From the NCBI RefSeq assembly GCF_054482595.1, contig NZ_CM137008.1: DNA of 64,000 nt. One strand, 5' to 3'. A program made the position numbers and the translations under genes. How positions within the stretch are numbered: the first letter of the stretch is position 1; every line of letters starts with the position of its first letter. The notes beneath the pieces are model-generated. The model worked only from the letters and a program-made list of their open reading frames with translations, did no database searches and was not told the origin of the DNA. Positions 27,609 through 40,434 of this stretch are shown piece by piece.

Positions 27609-29369
27609 TTAACCGCGTAATTCGTGCGCCCGACGAAAACGACCTTCGTAATCGAACACTTTTTCACGCACTTGCCAGTACTGACCTTTCATGCGGGCAA
27701 CGACAAAATCCGGGTGTCGCAATAAGGCTTGCTGGGCGAGGATATCGGCGGCGGTGATCCAGCGCAGAGGGATGCCCGGTGTGCGCGTATGCGGGCGGAT
27801 AAAAAGCTGCTCGAAAGCAGTTCGCTGGGCGGGCGTTTGCAGACGGAAACGCTCACTCACATCCGCGCCGTCTTCATCGTAATAGGTGATTTTCAACCAT
27901 TCGCCTTTCTCGTCGTGCCCATGCTGCAAAGACATGCCGCTACAGCGTAATACCAGCGCATCTTTCAGTCGTAGCGCCGCTTTTAACATATCATCCGGAT
28001 CAACCAGTACCGTGTCACATTCGCGGCAGCGGCGAGCGGCAATATCATTTTCTGCGTTACATTGCGGGCAATTTTTAAAACGGAAACGGAAGTCACACTG
28101 TTCGCGATGACCGTCGTCATCTTCAAACCATCCCTGACAGCGGCGACCAAAGTGTTCAATCAATGTCCCGTCGGCGGTCGTTTTCCCCCAAAAGGTGTTG
28201 GCAAAACCGCAGGCAGGGCAGAAAACCTGTACCGGAACGTTGTCACTTTTGCCTTTCGGTGTACCAACTTCCGGCGCGTAGAGATCGTGAGGATTACCCG
28301 CATAATCAAGAATTAAACAATCAGTCTTGCCCGGAGCGAGACGCAGACCGCGCCCGACAATTTGTTGGTAAAGACTCACTGATTCGGTAGGGCGCAGAAT
28401 GGCGATAAGATCGACGTGCGGGGCGTCAAATCCGGTGGTCAGTACCGCGACGTTGACCAGATAGCGAAAACGCTGGGCTTTAAAATCTTCAATTAACACA
28501 TCGCGCTCAGCGCCGGGGGTGTCGCCAGTAATCAGTGCAGCATCTTCGGCGGGTAGTAATCCCACAATCTCTTTTGCGTGTTCAACGGTGGCGGCGAAAA
28601 TCATCACCCCTTTGCGCGTTGCAGCAAACTCCATAATCTGGCTGATGATGTGCGGGGTAATACGTTGTTGTTTTTTTAGCTCGCGGTTGAGATCGGCTTC
28701 GCTGAACAGCCCATTACTCTGTGCCTGCAAGCGGCTGAAATCGTATTGCACTACTGGCATATCCAGTCGTTCTGGCGGCGTCAGATAGCCGTGTTTAATC
28801 ATATAACGCAGCGGCAGTTCATAAATGCAGTCACGGAAAAGGGCTTTCTCATCGCCGCGTACCATGCCGTGATAATGGAACTGGTAGATCCAGCCTTTGC
28901 CCAGTCGAAAAGGCGTGGCAGTCAGCCCCAGCAGGCGTAAGTGGGGATTCACTTTTGTCAGGTGAGTGAGGATTTGCTGATACTGGCTCTCTTCATCGTC
29001 ACCAATACGGTGACATTCATCGACAATCAACAGCGAAAATTCACCCTGAAAGGCATCAAGATTACGGGCGACCGACTGCACACTGCCAAATACCACTTTA
29101 CCGTGGCTCTCTTTGCGCTTTAGCCCGGCGGCAAAAATATCGGCTTCCAGTCCCAGTGCCTGATATTTTGCATGGTTTTGCGCCACCAGTTCTTTAACGT
29201 GTGCCAGCACCAGCACGCGACCACGAGCCAGCCGTGCCAGTTCCGCTATCACCAGGCTTTTACCTGCGCCGGTGGGCAGCACGATAACGGCAGGGGTTTT
29301 ATGACGACGAAAATGGTTGAGCGTGGCATCCACGGCTTCTTGCTGATATGGGCGAAGTGTAAAAATCAT
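27609..29369 (-). CDS. radD: ATP-dependent helicase RadD (YejH)
   Basis: 586 aa, [15 protein letters not shown]..., Walker A GAGKS, DECH box, C-terminal zinc-finger cysteines. Confidence 0.9.
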   Translation of the reverse strand: MIFTLRPYQQEAVDATLNHFRRHKTPAVIVLPTGAGKSLVIAELARLARGRVLVLAHVKELVAQNHAKYQALGLEADIFAAGLKRKESHGKVVFGSVQSVARNLDAFQGEFSLLIVDECHRIGDDEESQYQQILTHLTKVNPHLRLLGLTATPFRLGKGWIYQFHYHGMVRGDEKALFRDCIYELPLRYMIKHGYLTPPERLDMPVVQYDFSRLQAQSNGLFSEADLNRELKKQQRITPHIISQIMEFAATRKGVMIFAATVEHAKEIVGLLPAEDAALITGDTPGAERDVLIEDFKAQRFRYLVNVAVLTTGFDAPHVDLIAILRPTESVSLYQQIVGRGLRLAPGKTDCLILDYAGNPHDLYAPEVGTPKGKSDNVPVQVFCPACGFANTFWGKTTADGTLIEHFGRRCQGWFEDDDGHREQCDFRFRFKNCPQCNAENDIAARRCRECDTVLVDPDDMLKAALRLKDALVLRCSGMSLQHGHDEKGEWLKITYYDEDGADVSERFRLQTPAQRTAFEQLFIRPHTRTPGIPLRWITAADILAQQALLRHPDFVVARMKGQYWQVREKVFDYEGRFRRAHELRG

Positions 29370-29518
29370 GGTCTCGCGTAGGTAGATTATTCTGCTAATA
29401 GTATGCCACGGATCTTTTTCCCTTGAGGGATGTTATTAGACCGCTATACTGGGCAGACAACAGTTCAGATTTTCGGGTCATTACCCGACCTCCGTTTTTT
29501 ACAGGCAAAATCACACAC

Positions 29519-30214
29519 ATGCGACTTGATAAATTTATCGCACAGCAACTCGGTGTTAGCCGTGCTATTGCCGGGCGTGAAATCCGCGGCAATCGTGTCA
29601 CCGTTGATGGCGAAATCGTCCGTAATGCAGCGTTCAAACTGCTTCCTGAACATGATGTCGCTTACGATGGCAACCCGCTGGCGCAGCAACACGGTCCACG
29701 TTACTTCATGCTCAATAAGCCTCAGGGCTATGTTTGCTCCACGGACGACCCTGATCACCCAACGGTGCTCTATTTTCTTGATGAACCAGTGGCGTGGAAA
29801 CTGCACGCCGCAGGGCGGCTGGATATCGATACCACCGGTCTGGTGCTGATGACTGATGATGGTCAGTGGTCGCACCGCATTACTTCTCCGCGCCATCATT
29901 GCGAGAAGACCTATCTGGTGACGCTGGAATCACCCGTAGCTGACGATACGGCAGAGCAATTTGCTAAAGGCGTGCAGCTGCATAACGAAAAAGATCTCAC
30001 TAAGCCGGCGGTGCTGGAAGTGATTACCCCAACGCAGGTTCGTCTGACCATCAGCGAAGGGCGTTATCATCAGGTGAAACGCATGTTCGCCGCTGTGGGT
30101 AACCATGTGGTTGAGCTGCATCGTGAACGTATTGGCGGCATTACGCTGGATGCTGATTTAGCCCCCGGTGAATATCGTCCGTTAACTGAAGAAGAAATTG
30201 CCAGCGTCGTCTAA
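29519..30214 (+). CDS. rsuA: 16S rRNA pseudouridine(516) synthase RsuA
   Basis: [27 protein letters not shown]... S4 domain then pseudouridine synthase; start chosen at internal ATG 29519. Confidence 0.9.
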
Positions 30215-30241
30215 CTTTTCAATGACTTTCAGGAGCCCGTT

Positions 30242-31432
30242 GTGACCACCCGACAGCATTCGTCGTTTGCTATTGTTTTTATCCTTGGCCTGCTGGCCAT
30301 GTTGATGCCGCTGTCGATTGATATGTATCTGCCCGCGCTACCGGTAATTTCAGCGCAGTTTGGCGTACCGGCGGGCAGTACGCAGATGACCCTCAGTACT
30401 TATATTCTGGGCTTTGCGTTGGGGCAGTTAATCTACGGGCCGATGGCAGACAGCTTCGGGCGTAAGCCGGTGGTTCTTGGCGGTACGCTGGTGTTTGCCG
30501 CCGCCGCGGTGGCGTGTGCGTTGGCACAAACCATCGATCAGCTGATTGTGATGCGTTTCTTCCACGGGCTGGCGGCGGCTGCGGCCAGCGTGGTTATCAA
30601 CGCTTTGATGCGTGATATCTACCCGAAAGAAGAGTTCTCGCGGATGATGTCGTTTGTCATGCTGGTGACAACCATTGCACCGCTGATGGCACCGATAGTT
30701 GGCGGCTGGGTGCTGGTGTGGCTGAGCTGGCATTACATCTTCTGGATCCTCGCCGTGGCGGCGATTCTGGCTTCGGCAATGATCTTCTTTCTGATCAAAG
30801 AAACCTTACCACCGGAGCGTCGCCAGCCTTTTCACATTCGTACCACTATTGGTAACTTTGCGGCGCTGTTCCGTCATAAGCGTGTCCTGAGTTATATGCT
30901 GGCCAGTGGTTTCAGCTTTGCCGGGATGTTCTCGTTCTTAAGCGCCGGACCGTTTGTCTACATTGAAATTAACCACGTCGCGCCGGAAAACTTTGGTTAT
31001 TACTTTGCACTAAACATTGTTTTCCTGTTCGTGATGACCATTTTTAACAGCCGCTTCGTCCGCCGCATTGGCGCGTTAAATATGTTCCGCTCGGGGTTGT
31101 GGATACAATTTATTATGGCAGCGTGGATGGTCATCAGTGCGCTGCTGGGGCTGGGATTTTGGTCGCTGGTGGTTGGCGTTGCGGCGTTTGTGGGCTGCGT
31201 GTCGATGGTGTCATCCAATGCGATGGCGGTCATTCTTGATGAGTTTCCCCATATGGCGGGAACGGCATCTTCGCTGGCAGGAACCTTCCGTTTTGGCATA
31301 GGGGCAATTGTTGGCGCATTGCTTTCTCTTGCGACCTTTAACTCTGCATGGCCGATGATTTGGTCAATTGCATTCTGCGCAACCAGCTCCATTCTCTTCT
31401 GTCTGTACGCCAGTCGGCCGAAAAAACGGTGA
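30242..31432 (+). CDS. bcr: Bicyclomycin/multidrug efflux MFS transporter Bcr
   Basis: 396 aa, GTG start, [21 protein letters not shown]..., 12-TM MFS. Confidence 0.9.
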   Translation: MTTRQHSSFAIVFILGLLAMLMPLSIDMYLPALPVISAQFGVPAGSTQMTLSTYILGFALGQLIYGPMADSFGRKPVVLGGTLVFAAAAVACALAQTIDQLIVMRFFHGLAAAAASVVINALMRDIYPKEEFSRMMSFVMLVTTIAPLMAPIVGGWVLVWLSWHYIFWILAVAAILASAMIFFLIKETLPPERRQPFHIRTTIGNFAALFRHKRVLSYMLASGFSFAGMFSFLSAGPFVYIEINHVAPENFGYYFALNIVFLFVMTIFNSRFVRRIGALNMFRSGLWIQFIMAAWMVISALLGLGFWSLVVGVAAFVGCVSMVSSNAMAVILDEFPHMAGTASSLAGTFRFGIGAIVGALLSLATFNSAWPMIWSIAFCATSSILFCLYASRPKKR

Positions 31433-31446
31433 TCTATTGCACAACG

Positions 31447-31471
31447 AGGAAGCTAAAAGGCTTCCTTTGTT
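31447..31471 (+). terminator. bcr terminator
   Basis: aggaagc taaaag gcttcct ttgtt. Confidence 0.5.
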
Positions 31472-31764
31472 GATGCATGTCAACCACAAATCTATCATTC
31501 CCCCGATATATGTTTATTTTATGTAAAATCAATTTATGTAAAAAGTCACATCATTGTAGTTAAAAAGGTTGAGTTAGATCGCAGAAACGGGTACATATAG
31601 CCCCGCAAACGTGACCACGCCCGCAGATATTACTTAAATCAGAGCCATAGAGGCCACGCAGGCGAGGCATCAATCTTTACGATCTGTATAAAGACGGATT
31701 GTTGATGATGTGTTAAAATTGATGTAAACAAATTGTGAAGTAAATGTACTTCCGGGGAAAATAA

Positions 31765-32109
31765 GTGACTTCATTACAACTCTCAATCGTCCATCGACTG
31801 CCGCAGAACTATCGCTGGTCTGCTGGTTTCGCAGGTTCGAAGGTTGAACCGATTCCGCAAAATGGACCGTGCGGTGACAACAGCCTGGTGGCGCTTAAAT
31901 TGCTTAGCCCGGATGGTGATAATGCATGGTCGGTGATGTACAAACTAAGCCAGGCGTTAAGCGACATCGAAGTTCCATGTTCGGTGCTGGAGTGTGAAGG
32001 TGAGCCGTGCCTGTTTGTAAATCGCCAGGACGAGTTTGCTGCAACATGCCGATTGAAAAATTTTGGTGTGGCAATTGCCGAACCCTTTTCAAACTACAAT
32101 CCTTTTTAA
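31765..32109 (+). CDS. yejG: Uncharacterized protein YejG
   Basis: 114 aa, GTG start, [18 protein letters not shown]... Confidence 0.85.
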
Positions 32110-32112
32110 GCG

Positions 32113-33702
32113 TCAGCTCAACGCCAGTAGCCGACGCGTATACTCCTGCTGCGGTGTGGCAAACACGCGCGCGCACGGTCCTTGTTCCACTACTTCCCCT
32201 TGTCGCAGTACGATAACCTGATGACATAACGCGCGGACAACGTGCAAATCATGGCTGATAAACAAATAGGCCAGTTGATGCTTTTGTTGCAATGATTTCA
32301 GTAACGTCAATATTTGCGCCTGTACCGTTTTGTCGAGTGATGATGTCGGTTCATCAAGTATGATCAGCGAGGGCTTAAGAATTAATGCCCTGGCAATCGC
32401 AATACGTTGTCGCTGACCACCAGAGAACTCCGCCGGATAACGGTGGCGTGTTTCAGGATCTAATCCCACTTCATGCATCACGGCTATCACTTGTTGTTCG
32501 CGTTGTGCGGCAGAAAGCGTCGGCTGGTGAACCCGTAAGCCTTCCTCAATAATCTGCAAAACGTTGAGTCGTGGGTTGAGCGAGGAGTTTGGATCCTGAA
32601 ATACCACCTGAATGCGATGACGAATAGGTAACAGCTGGCGGCGATTTAAATTTTGCAGTGGCTGACCGTCAAAGATGATGCTGCCCTGAGAATTAATCAG
32701 TCGCAGCAGCGCCAGTCCCGTCGTGCTTTTCCCGGAACCGGACTCGCCCACTAAACCCAGTGTTTCACCCGCCCGTAGCGTAAAACTGATGTTTTTCACC
32801 ACCACATTATGATCCACAATGCGCTTCAAAATCCCTTTGCGAATGGGGAAGGCAACCTGAAGCTGTTCAACATCCAGCAACGTTGGGGCAGGTTCTGGCA
32901 ACGGCACTGGATCGCCTGACGGTTCACTGTTGAGTAGCTTTTGTGTGTAAGGATGAGTGGGTGAGGCAAATAGCGTAGCGGCGTAATTTTGCTCGACACA
33001 GCGACCGTTTTGCATTACCGCCACGCGGTGGGCCAGTTTTCTGACAATGCTGAGGTTATGAGTAATAAACAGCATGCCCATATTCAACTCGCCTTGCAGT
33101 TCGCGCAACAGCTGTAAAATCTGCGCCTGGACAGAGACGTCCAGTGCGGTGGTCGGTTCATCGGCAATTAATAATTCCGGTCGCGTTAACAGCGCCATCG
33201 CAATCATCACCCGCTGGCGTTCGCCGCCGGAGAGCTGATGCGGATAATCTGTCAGCCGTTTTGCCGCCTGGCGGATACCAACGCGATCAAGGCAGTTAAG
33301 AATTTCGCCACGAGCCGCTTCCCGACGCATCCCGCGGTGGAGTGAAAGCACTTCATAAAGCTGTTTTTCCAGGGTATGCAATGGATTTAACGACACCATC
33401 GGCTCTTGAAAAATCATGGCGATCTTATTACCACGTACGCCGCGCAACGTTTGATCGCTGGCATGAAGCAGCGATTCGCCATGAAAACGAATATCGCCGG
33501 AGAGATATTCAACCGGCGGGGAAGGGAGCAGGCGTAAAATTGACAGCGCGGTAACGCTTTTGCCTGAACCAGACTCACCCACCAGCGCCAGCGTTTCGCC
33601 AGCCTCAATCTGTAGTGAAACATCATTTACTACTGTACGTACGGTTTGCTGATGGCGAAAACCCACCGACAAATTTTCAATCGCTAACAGAGTTTGCGTC
33701 AT
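32113..33702 (-). CDS. yejF: Microcin C/oligopeptide ABC transporter ATP-binding protein YejF (two ABC domains)
   Basis: MTQTLLAIENLSVGF..., two Walker A motifs GESGSGKS; start at internal ATG rather than ORF-track 33750. Confidence 0.9.
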   Translation of the reverse strand: MTQTLLAIENLSVGFRHQQTVRTVVNDVSLQIEAGETLALVGESGSGKSVTALSILRLLPSPPVEYLSGDIRFHGESLLHASDQTLRGVRGNKIAMIFQEPMVSLNPLHTLEKQLYEVLSLHRGMRREAARGEILNCLDRVGIRQAAKRLTDYPHQLSGGERQRVMIAMALLTRPELLIADEPTTALDVSVQAQILQLLRELQGELNMGMLFITHNLSIVRKLAHRVAVMQNGRCVEQNYAATLFASPTHPYTQKLLNSEPSGDPVPLPEPAPTLLDVEQLQVAFPIRKGILKRIVDHNVVVKNISFTLRAGETLGLVGESGSGKSTTGLALLRLINSQGSIIFDGQPLQNLNRRQLLPIRHRIQVVFQDPNSSLNPRLNVLQIIEEGLRVHQPTLSAAQREQQVIAVMHEVGLDPETRHRYPAEFSGGQRQRIAIARALILKPSLIILDEPTSSLDKTVQAQILTLLKSLQQKHQLAYLFISHDLHVVRALCHQVIVLRQGEVVEQGPCARVFATPQQEYTRRLLALS

Positions 33703-33703
33703 G

Positions 33704-34729
33704 CTACACCGCCTTATTAGGATCAAATGCGTCGCGGACGGCTTCACCAATAAAGATCAGCAAAGACAACAATATCGCCACCGACAAGAAGGCGGTGATC
33801 CCAAGCCAAGGGGCCTGAAGGTTATTTTTCCCTTGTAACAGCAGTTCGCCGAGTGACGGTGAACCGAGCGGCAGACCGAAGCCGAGGAAATCGAGCGAGG
33901 TCAGGGTGGTTATCGAACTACATAAAATAAACGGTAAAAAGGTGAGGGTCGCGACCATGGCATTAGGCAACATATGACGCAGGATGATACTGCGATCGCT
34001 GACGCCAAGCGCCTGTGCCGCACGAATGTAGTCGAAATTACGAGTACGTAAAAACTCCGCCCGCACCACGCCGACCAGACTCATCCAGCCAAACAAGACA
34101 GTAATTGCCAGCAGCCACCAGAAGTCAGGCTGTACGACGCTGGAAAGTAAAATAATCAAAAACAGCGTCGGCATCCCCGACCATACTTCAATAAAGCGTT
34201 GCCCCCAGAGATCGACTTTACCGCCGTAATAGCCTTGTAGCGCCCCCGCCAGCACGCCCATCACGCTGGAACAGAGAGTCAGCATCAGGCCAAACAGAAC
34301 CGAGATCCGCGTGCCATAGAGAATACGTGCCAGCACATCGCCGCCGTTGGCATCCGTTCCCAGCCAGTTTTGCCGGGAGGGTGGAGAAGGGAAGGGCTTA
34401 TCGGTAGCAAAGTTGATACTGGTAGCACCAAAGCGAATCGGTGCCCACAGTACCCAGCCATTATTTTCCAGCCGTTGTTTCAGCCACGGGTCCTGATAAT
34501 CAGCCTGACTTGCCAGCGGGCCGCCAAAATCGCTTTCGCTGTAGTTTTTCAACAACGGGAAATACCAACTGCCGTCATAACGCACCAGCAACGGTTTATC
34601 GTTGGCGATAAGTTCAGAACACAAACTCAAACCAAACAAAACGAGGAAAATCCATAACGACCAGTAGCCGCGACGGTTATGGCGAAAACGCGCCCAACGG
34701 GCCTGATTGACGGGGCTGAGTCGCGACAT
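33704..34729 (-). CDS. yejE: ABC transporter permease YejE
   Basis: 341 aa, operon position. Confidence 0.9.
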   Translation of the reverse strand: MSRLSPVNQARWARFRHNRRGYWSLWIFLVLFGLSLCSELIANDKPLLVRYDGSWYFPLLKNYSESDFGGPLASQADYQDPWLKQRLENNGWVLWAPIRFGATSINFATDKPFPSPPSRQNWLGTDANGGDVLARILYGTRISVLFGLMLTLCSSVMGVLAGALQGYYGGKVDLWGQRFIEVWSGMPTLFLIILLSSVVQPDFWWLLAITVLFGWMSLVGVVRAEFLRTRNFDYIRAAQALGVSDRSIILRHMLPNAMVATLTFLPFILCSSITTLTSLDFLGFGLPLGSPSLGELLLQGKNNLQAPWLGITAFLSVAILLSLLIFIGEAVRDAFDPNKAV

Positions 34730-35823
34730 TAACGTCCCTCAAAATCTATACGCGGATCGACCAGCGTATAGCTGATATCACTGACAATATTCAGCAGCAG
34801 GCCAATCAGGGTGAAAATATACAAGGTACCAAACATTACAGGATAATCGCGCGAGACGGTCGCTTCGTAGCCCAGTAAGCCAAGACCATTGAGTGAAAAC
34901 ATCACCTCAATCAGCAGCGAGCCGGTAAAAAACATGCTGATAAACGTCGCCGGAAAACCGGCAATCACCAGCAGCATGGCGTTGCGGAACACATGTTTCC
35001 AGAGAATATTTTTTTCACTTACCCCTTTCGCACGCGCGGTCACCACGTATTGCTTGCGCACTTCATCAAGGAATGAGTTTTTGGTCAGCATGGTCAGCGC
35101 CGCAAAGCCACCAATCACTGTCGCCAGCACCGGCAGCGTGATATGCCACAGATAATCGGTGATTTTCTGATACCACGGCAGCGAATCAAAGTTAGCGGAA
35201 ACCAGGCCGCGTAGAGGGAACAGATCGAAATAGCTGCCGCCTGCGAAGAAGACAATCAGCAGGATGGCAAACAAAAAGGCCGGAATGGCGTAGCCGATGA
35301 TGATAAATGCGCTACTCCAGACGTCAAAGCGGCTCCCATTATAAACAGCTTTGCGAATGCCTAACGGAATCGACACCAGATAGATAATCAGCGTGCTCCA
35401 CAATCCGAGGGTGATGGAAACCGGTAGACTGTCTTTAATCAGCGTCAGCACCGAGGCGCTGCGAAACAGGCTATCGCCAAAATCAAAGCGGATGTAGTCC
35501 CAGAGCATTTTGAAGTAACGTTCGTGGATCGGCTTATCGAAACCGTAGCGATGAGTGATCTCAGCGATCACTTCTGGATCTAATCCGCGTCCGCCACGGT
35601 AATTACTGTCGCTGATATTGCCGACACCCGTTTGCGCATGGCTGGCACGAACACCTTCACCGCCTGCGCCGGGTAATACTCCGGCATTACCAAACTCAAT
35701 GGCGGCGATGGCCTGGTCGACCGGACCGCCAGGCGCAATTTGCACGATGAAAAAGTTGATGGTGATAATCGCCCATAATGTTGGGATCACCAGCAACAGA
35801 CGGCGAATCAGGTAAGCGCCCAT
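34729..35823 (-). CDS. yejB: ABC transporter permease YejB
   Basis: 364 aa, operon position. Confidence 0.9.
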
Positions 35824-37638
35824 CTACTCTTCCTGTTGTCTGGCTGACGGCAGTTTGGCCGCTTTATTAACGTCATACCACCAGGTATCGATACCCAGGC
35901 TGTAAACAGGGCGCACAGCAGGTTGGGAGAATTTATCCCACCAGGCGAGACGGTCTTCCGCCATGTACCACATTGGCAGCATGTAATAATTCCACGTTAA
36001 TACGCGATCCAGTGCTCGCCCTAACGGCAGTAATTTTTCTTTATTTCCCTGCGCGGCAATAATTTGGTTGATCAGCGAGTCGATAACCGGGCTTTGCACG
36101 CCGGGGGCATTATAAGTGGAATTGATATATTCCGATGACCAGGAAATCTGTAAATCGGAACTGGGCCACGGCATCGCCCGCCATAGGCGCGGCATCATGT
36201 CATAGTCGCGACTGCGCATGCGGTTAGTGATTTGCGAGTTATCCACCTTGCGAATGTCCATGTTGATACCCAGCCGTTGCAGGCTGTGCTGGAACGGCAA
36301 TACCCACTGACTATTGCTGCTTGCGGGAAGCAATAATTCAAAGCTGAGTGGCTGACCCGTTGTGGCATTAACGCGTTGCTGACCCTTCAGCACCCAGCCC
36401 GCTTCGTTGAGAAGTTTGTCGGCTTTTAACAGGTTGTCACGATCGTAGCCATCGCCTTTAGATACCGGCGGCTGGTAGATTTGTGTGAAGACTTCTGACG
36501 GTAGATCTTTTTTCATTAGTGCCAGAAGCACCAGCTCCGCGGCGTCGGGGTAATTTCTGGCCGCGTATTCGGTATTCTGAAAATAACTGTTCGTGCGACT
36601 CCAGGCATTGTAAAACAACGCCTTGTTCATCCATTCAAAGTCAAAGGCGAGGGTGATTGCTTCCCGGACCCGGCGATCGCTGAATACCGGACGTTGGATA
36701 TTAAACGCCAGCCAGCGCGTATCCTGGGCTGATTCGTTCTTTTGCTCATCTTTGATGATGTATTTTTTATCGAAATTTTTACCGGTATAACGCGTGGCCC
36801 AGTTTTTAGCGTCGTTTTCCATACGCAAATCAAAGGCACCTGCTTTAAACGCTTCAAAGGCGACGTTATCATCGAGGTAATAATCGTAGCGAATGGTGTC
36901 GAAATTCCAGCGTCCACGGTTTACCGGTAAGTTTGCTGCCCAGTAATCTTTCACGCGGGAATAGACAATATTTTGCCCCATTTTCCAGGACGTAATGCGG
37001 TACGGACCACTGGCAAGCGGAGGCGTGGCGAGCGGATCGCTAAGTTTGTGATCCTTCCAGTACTTTTCTGGAAATACCGGCAGCGAAAACAGACTCAACA
37101 TATCTTCTTTGCCGGGTTTAGCTAACTCAATGCGCACGGTTAACGGCGCAATGGCTTTGACGGTGGTGCCTTTGTAGACCAGACGAAATTGCGGCACGCC
37201 TTCGGTCATAAATTTTTGAAAAGTAAACTCTACATCGCGGGCAGTAATGGGCGAACCATCATGAAAACGGGCGCGCGGATTAATAGCGACCTCCACCCAG
37301 GAATAATCGTCAGCATAGCGTGCACTTTCAGCAATCAGCGGGTAATAACTGCCTGGTTCGTCATCGGAAGTCGTAAATAGCGTGTCGTACAACTGCTCGG
37401 TGCGTGCGCCCGGGTTGCCGCGCAGTGCATAGCGGTTGAAATTATCGAAGGTGCCGAGGGCTGACAACGTTATCTGCCCACCTTTTGGCGCGGCGGGGTT
37501 CACATAATCAAAATGGTTGAAATTAAACGCGTACCGGGGTTCGCCCAGCACGGCAAAGGCATAGCTTTCCTTGATAGCCTGCGCCTGCGCACCAAAGGTG
37601 AACAGAGCGATAAACAGCAGCAGTATGCGCACAATCAT
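35824..37638 (-). CDS. yejA: Periplasmic oligopeptide-binding protein YejA
   Basis: about 604 aa with signal peptide [21 protein letters not shown]. Confidence 0.9.
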
Positions 37639-37719
37639 CTGCAACGGATTTCCTTTTACTCATCATTAGCCGCAATCCGGCATGCTTTCACTATGAATAA
37701 TAAGGGACGTAAGCACACC

Positions 37720-39276
37720 TTACCACTGCGGCGTATACGGTTTCTTCAGCCAGCGGACAAAATCGTCCAGCGGTAACGGGCGACTAATCCAGTAGCCTTG
37801 CATGAAATTAACGCCGCGTTCGCTTAGCCATCGCGCCTGTTCCGGCGTTTCGACCCCTTCAGCAACCGTCAGCATATTGAGGCGTTTCGCCAGCGTCAGC
37901 ACCGCGTCAAGTACGGGTGAAGTGATCGTTTCCGTACCGATGGCGTTGATAAATCCACGGTCAATTTTCAGATAATCGAGCGTAAAACGCTCAAGATAGA
38001 TAAGCGCGCTGTGCCCGGTGCCGAAGTCATCAATAGCAATTTCTATGCCGACCGAGTGCAGCCAGGCGAAGAGTTTTGTGGCTTCTTGCTCTTTCAGCAT
38101 ATCGCGCTCGGTAATTTCCAGCACAATCTGGAAATGGTGTGCGGGTAGGGAGGTGAGCAGTTTCTGGATATCTGCTTTAAAGCTTTCGCTGTGCAGATGG
38201 TCCGGCGCAATGTTAATGCCAAATTTGACGCCTACCGGCAGCACTTTTTCTAATTCTGCGGCATCGCGGGCAATTAACTCAAACAGGTGCTGAGTCAGCG
38301 GTACAATCATCTTTTGCGATTCGGCAAAGTTAATGAAGGCATCCGGGGGAATTTCTCCCGCGACAGGATGCCGCCAGCGTAGCAGTACTTCCAGGCCCGT
38401 TACTCGCAAAGCTTGTGTATCCACCACCGGTTGATACGCCACGTAAAATTGTTCGCGCTTGATGGCGGTCATGATTTCTCTGCCGGGGCGCATACGTACG
38501 CTCATCAGGTAATAGCAGAGCAGGCCAACGACAGTTCCACTCATGCCGCCCAGTAAAAATGCGTACCACACATCGTTCCATGTCCAGTCATCTGCATAAA
38601 GCCGAACGGTCAGAGGAATGCCCGCAATTTTAGTTTCACGGACTGGCATGTCGGTTAATTCGTTAACGTTCATCAAACGTGAAGAAAAGGTAGATAGCGC
38701 AGTATTGCCAATAATGAGGGCGACGCCATCGTAATCTTCCTGCCGTGAACTATAAAAGAGTGAAGGCGTCAGGTTGAGATTCAGAGCGGCAAAGACGCCG
38801 CTATTTTTCAGCAAAGGGTTGCGATACCAGATGACGATTGCGGGTTTGTTCGGCACCATCGGCGTGCCGGGTAAGATCGCCATATCGACATTTTTATTAA
38901 TGTCGAGCGCCGGAATCAATTCATTGAGTGGAATGTCCATCTCACCGGTCGCAGATGAACAGAATGTTTTTTTATCTTTCACCAGCACAAACGTTCGGAC
39001 ATTCATGCTAAACGCCGCGCGGGCGGTCAGTTCGGGGTTAGCTTGCTGGCAGGTATCTAAGGTCAGCGGCTGGAGCCGGTCAGTAGTGGATTTCAGGTCG
39101 GCAAAATAGGTATCGAGATACTTTTGTACGTCGGTAATCAGTGTGTCGTATTTGACTTCGTGCTTATGCCAGGCCACTAAAAACTGAAGGCAACTCACCA
39201 GTATCGCAATCATTACGCCTGCAACAATGCAGGTAAGCAGGAGCTTACGTCCAGAATTGGGAGCGCGTATGAACAT
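37720..39276 (-). CDS. rtn: EAL-domain c-di-GMP phosphodiesterase Rtn (PdeN)
   Basis: 518 aa MFIRAPNSGRKLLLTCIVAGVMIAILVSCLQF...; K-12 synteny. Confidence 0.9.
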   Translation of the reverse strand: MFIRAPNSGRKLLLTCIVAGVMIAILVSCLQFLVAWHKHEVKYDTLITDVQKYLDTYFADLKSTTDRLQPLTLDTCQQANPELTARAAFSMNVRTFVLVKDKKTFCSSATGEMDIPLNELIPALDINKNVDMAILPGTPMVPNKPAIVIWYRNPLLKNSGVFAALNLNLTPSLFYSSRQEDYDGVALIIGNTALSTFSSRLMNVNELTDMPVRETKIAGIPLTVRLYADDWTWNDVWYAFLLGGMSGTVVGLLCYYLMSVRMRPGREIMTAIKREQFYVAYQPVVDTQALRVTGLEVLLRWRHPVAGEIPPDAFINFAESQKMIVPLTQHLFELIARDAAELEKVLPVGVKFGINIAPDHLHSESFKADIQKLLTSLPAHHFQIVLEITERDMLKEQEATKLFAWLHSVGIEIAIDDFGTGHSALIYLERFTLDYLKIDRGFINAIGTETITSPVLDAVLTLAKRLNMLTVAEGVETPEQARWLSERGVNFMQGYWISRPLPLDDFVRWLKKPYTPQW

Positions 39277-39384
39277 GATTCCGTTAATTTCCTGAAATTA
39301 CGACAACATTTAAAAGATAACAATGACCGGACTATAGCCTGGATCAAGACGCGGAAACATCATTTTCTCTGATGAATGAAAACA

Positions 39385-39412
39385 AAAAAGCACTGCCTAA
39401 GCAGTGCTTTCA
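39385..39412 (-). terminator. mepS terminator (bidirectional hairpin)
   Basis: aaaaaa gcactgc ctaa gcagtgc ttt. Confidence 0.55.
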
Positions 39413-39456
39413 GTTAACTCGTCAGGATAGCCAAGGGATTGCATCCAAACGGTTTA

Positions 39457-40023
39457 TTAGCTGCGGCTGAGAACCCGGCGTGCTTCGTTGTAACGCTTCT
39501 TCCAGTACGGTTCATTCATGCTGGAAATAATAACACCACTGCTGGTGGAAGCATGGACAAACTGATTGTTGCCGATATAAATACCGACATGGCGTCCCGT
39601 TGAACCGGCACGGAACAGAACTAAATCACCCGTACGCAAATTACTGCGGGAAACAGATTTACCCATTTCCTGCTGTTCGTAAGTCGAACGCGGAAGTTCT
39701 AAGCCAAATTGCTCACGGAATGTACGCTGTACGAAACCAGAACAATCGATACCTTTTTTAGTGCTGCCGCCCAGACGATAACGTACGCCTTTCCAGTCAG
39801 CATACTGATCCATAATTCGCGATTTTACGTCGACATTACGAACCAGGTTTTCAAATTCATCCTGAGAAGCTTGCAGTGATGATGTTTCACTACCCACTGC
39901 ACGTGTCTCAGGATGCATATTCTTTGCGGTGTTATTTGCACTACATGCAGAAAGCAGAACCGCTACTGCAATCGCGGGGATCCCGCGCAAGATATATCTC
40001 AAAATCGGTTGAGATTTGACCAT
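39457..40023 (-). CDS. mepS: Peptidoglycan DD-endopeptidase/LD-carboxypeptidase MepS (Spr), NlpC/P60 lipoprotein
   Basis: 188 aa, lipobox LSAC, catalytic DCSGFV motif. Confidence 0.9.
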
Positions 40024-40434
40024 GTTGTTTGTTTTCCCTTGAAGTCCTTAACGACAAATATCGTTATAAAAAAATGCCAAGCGACACGAGACTAATTACC
40101 TGGGCATGTTGAAACAATTCCTTAAGGCCAAATCTGTGGACTAACGCACAAAATTATATGCTGTGAGGATAATCTACCGCCGAGGCAAAACGAGTTCGAG
40201 ATTACCCGATTGGTGCGGTCTTGGCGAGCGGTTTTACATGATTTTTTATAAGAAAAAGTGATACAGAAAGTTAATAAGCGGGATTGCTCAATTAAAGTAC
40301 GATTGAGTGAAACGCATGCAATCCATTCATTTACTTAGAGAATGATTTTTGCTTTCGATGCATGAAAGCACGGTGCGCATCATCAGGATTATCCTCACTA
40401 TAAAAATAAACCTGATGATGTTAATTACTGTGAG

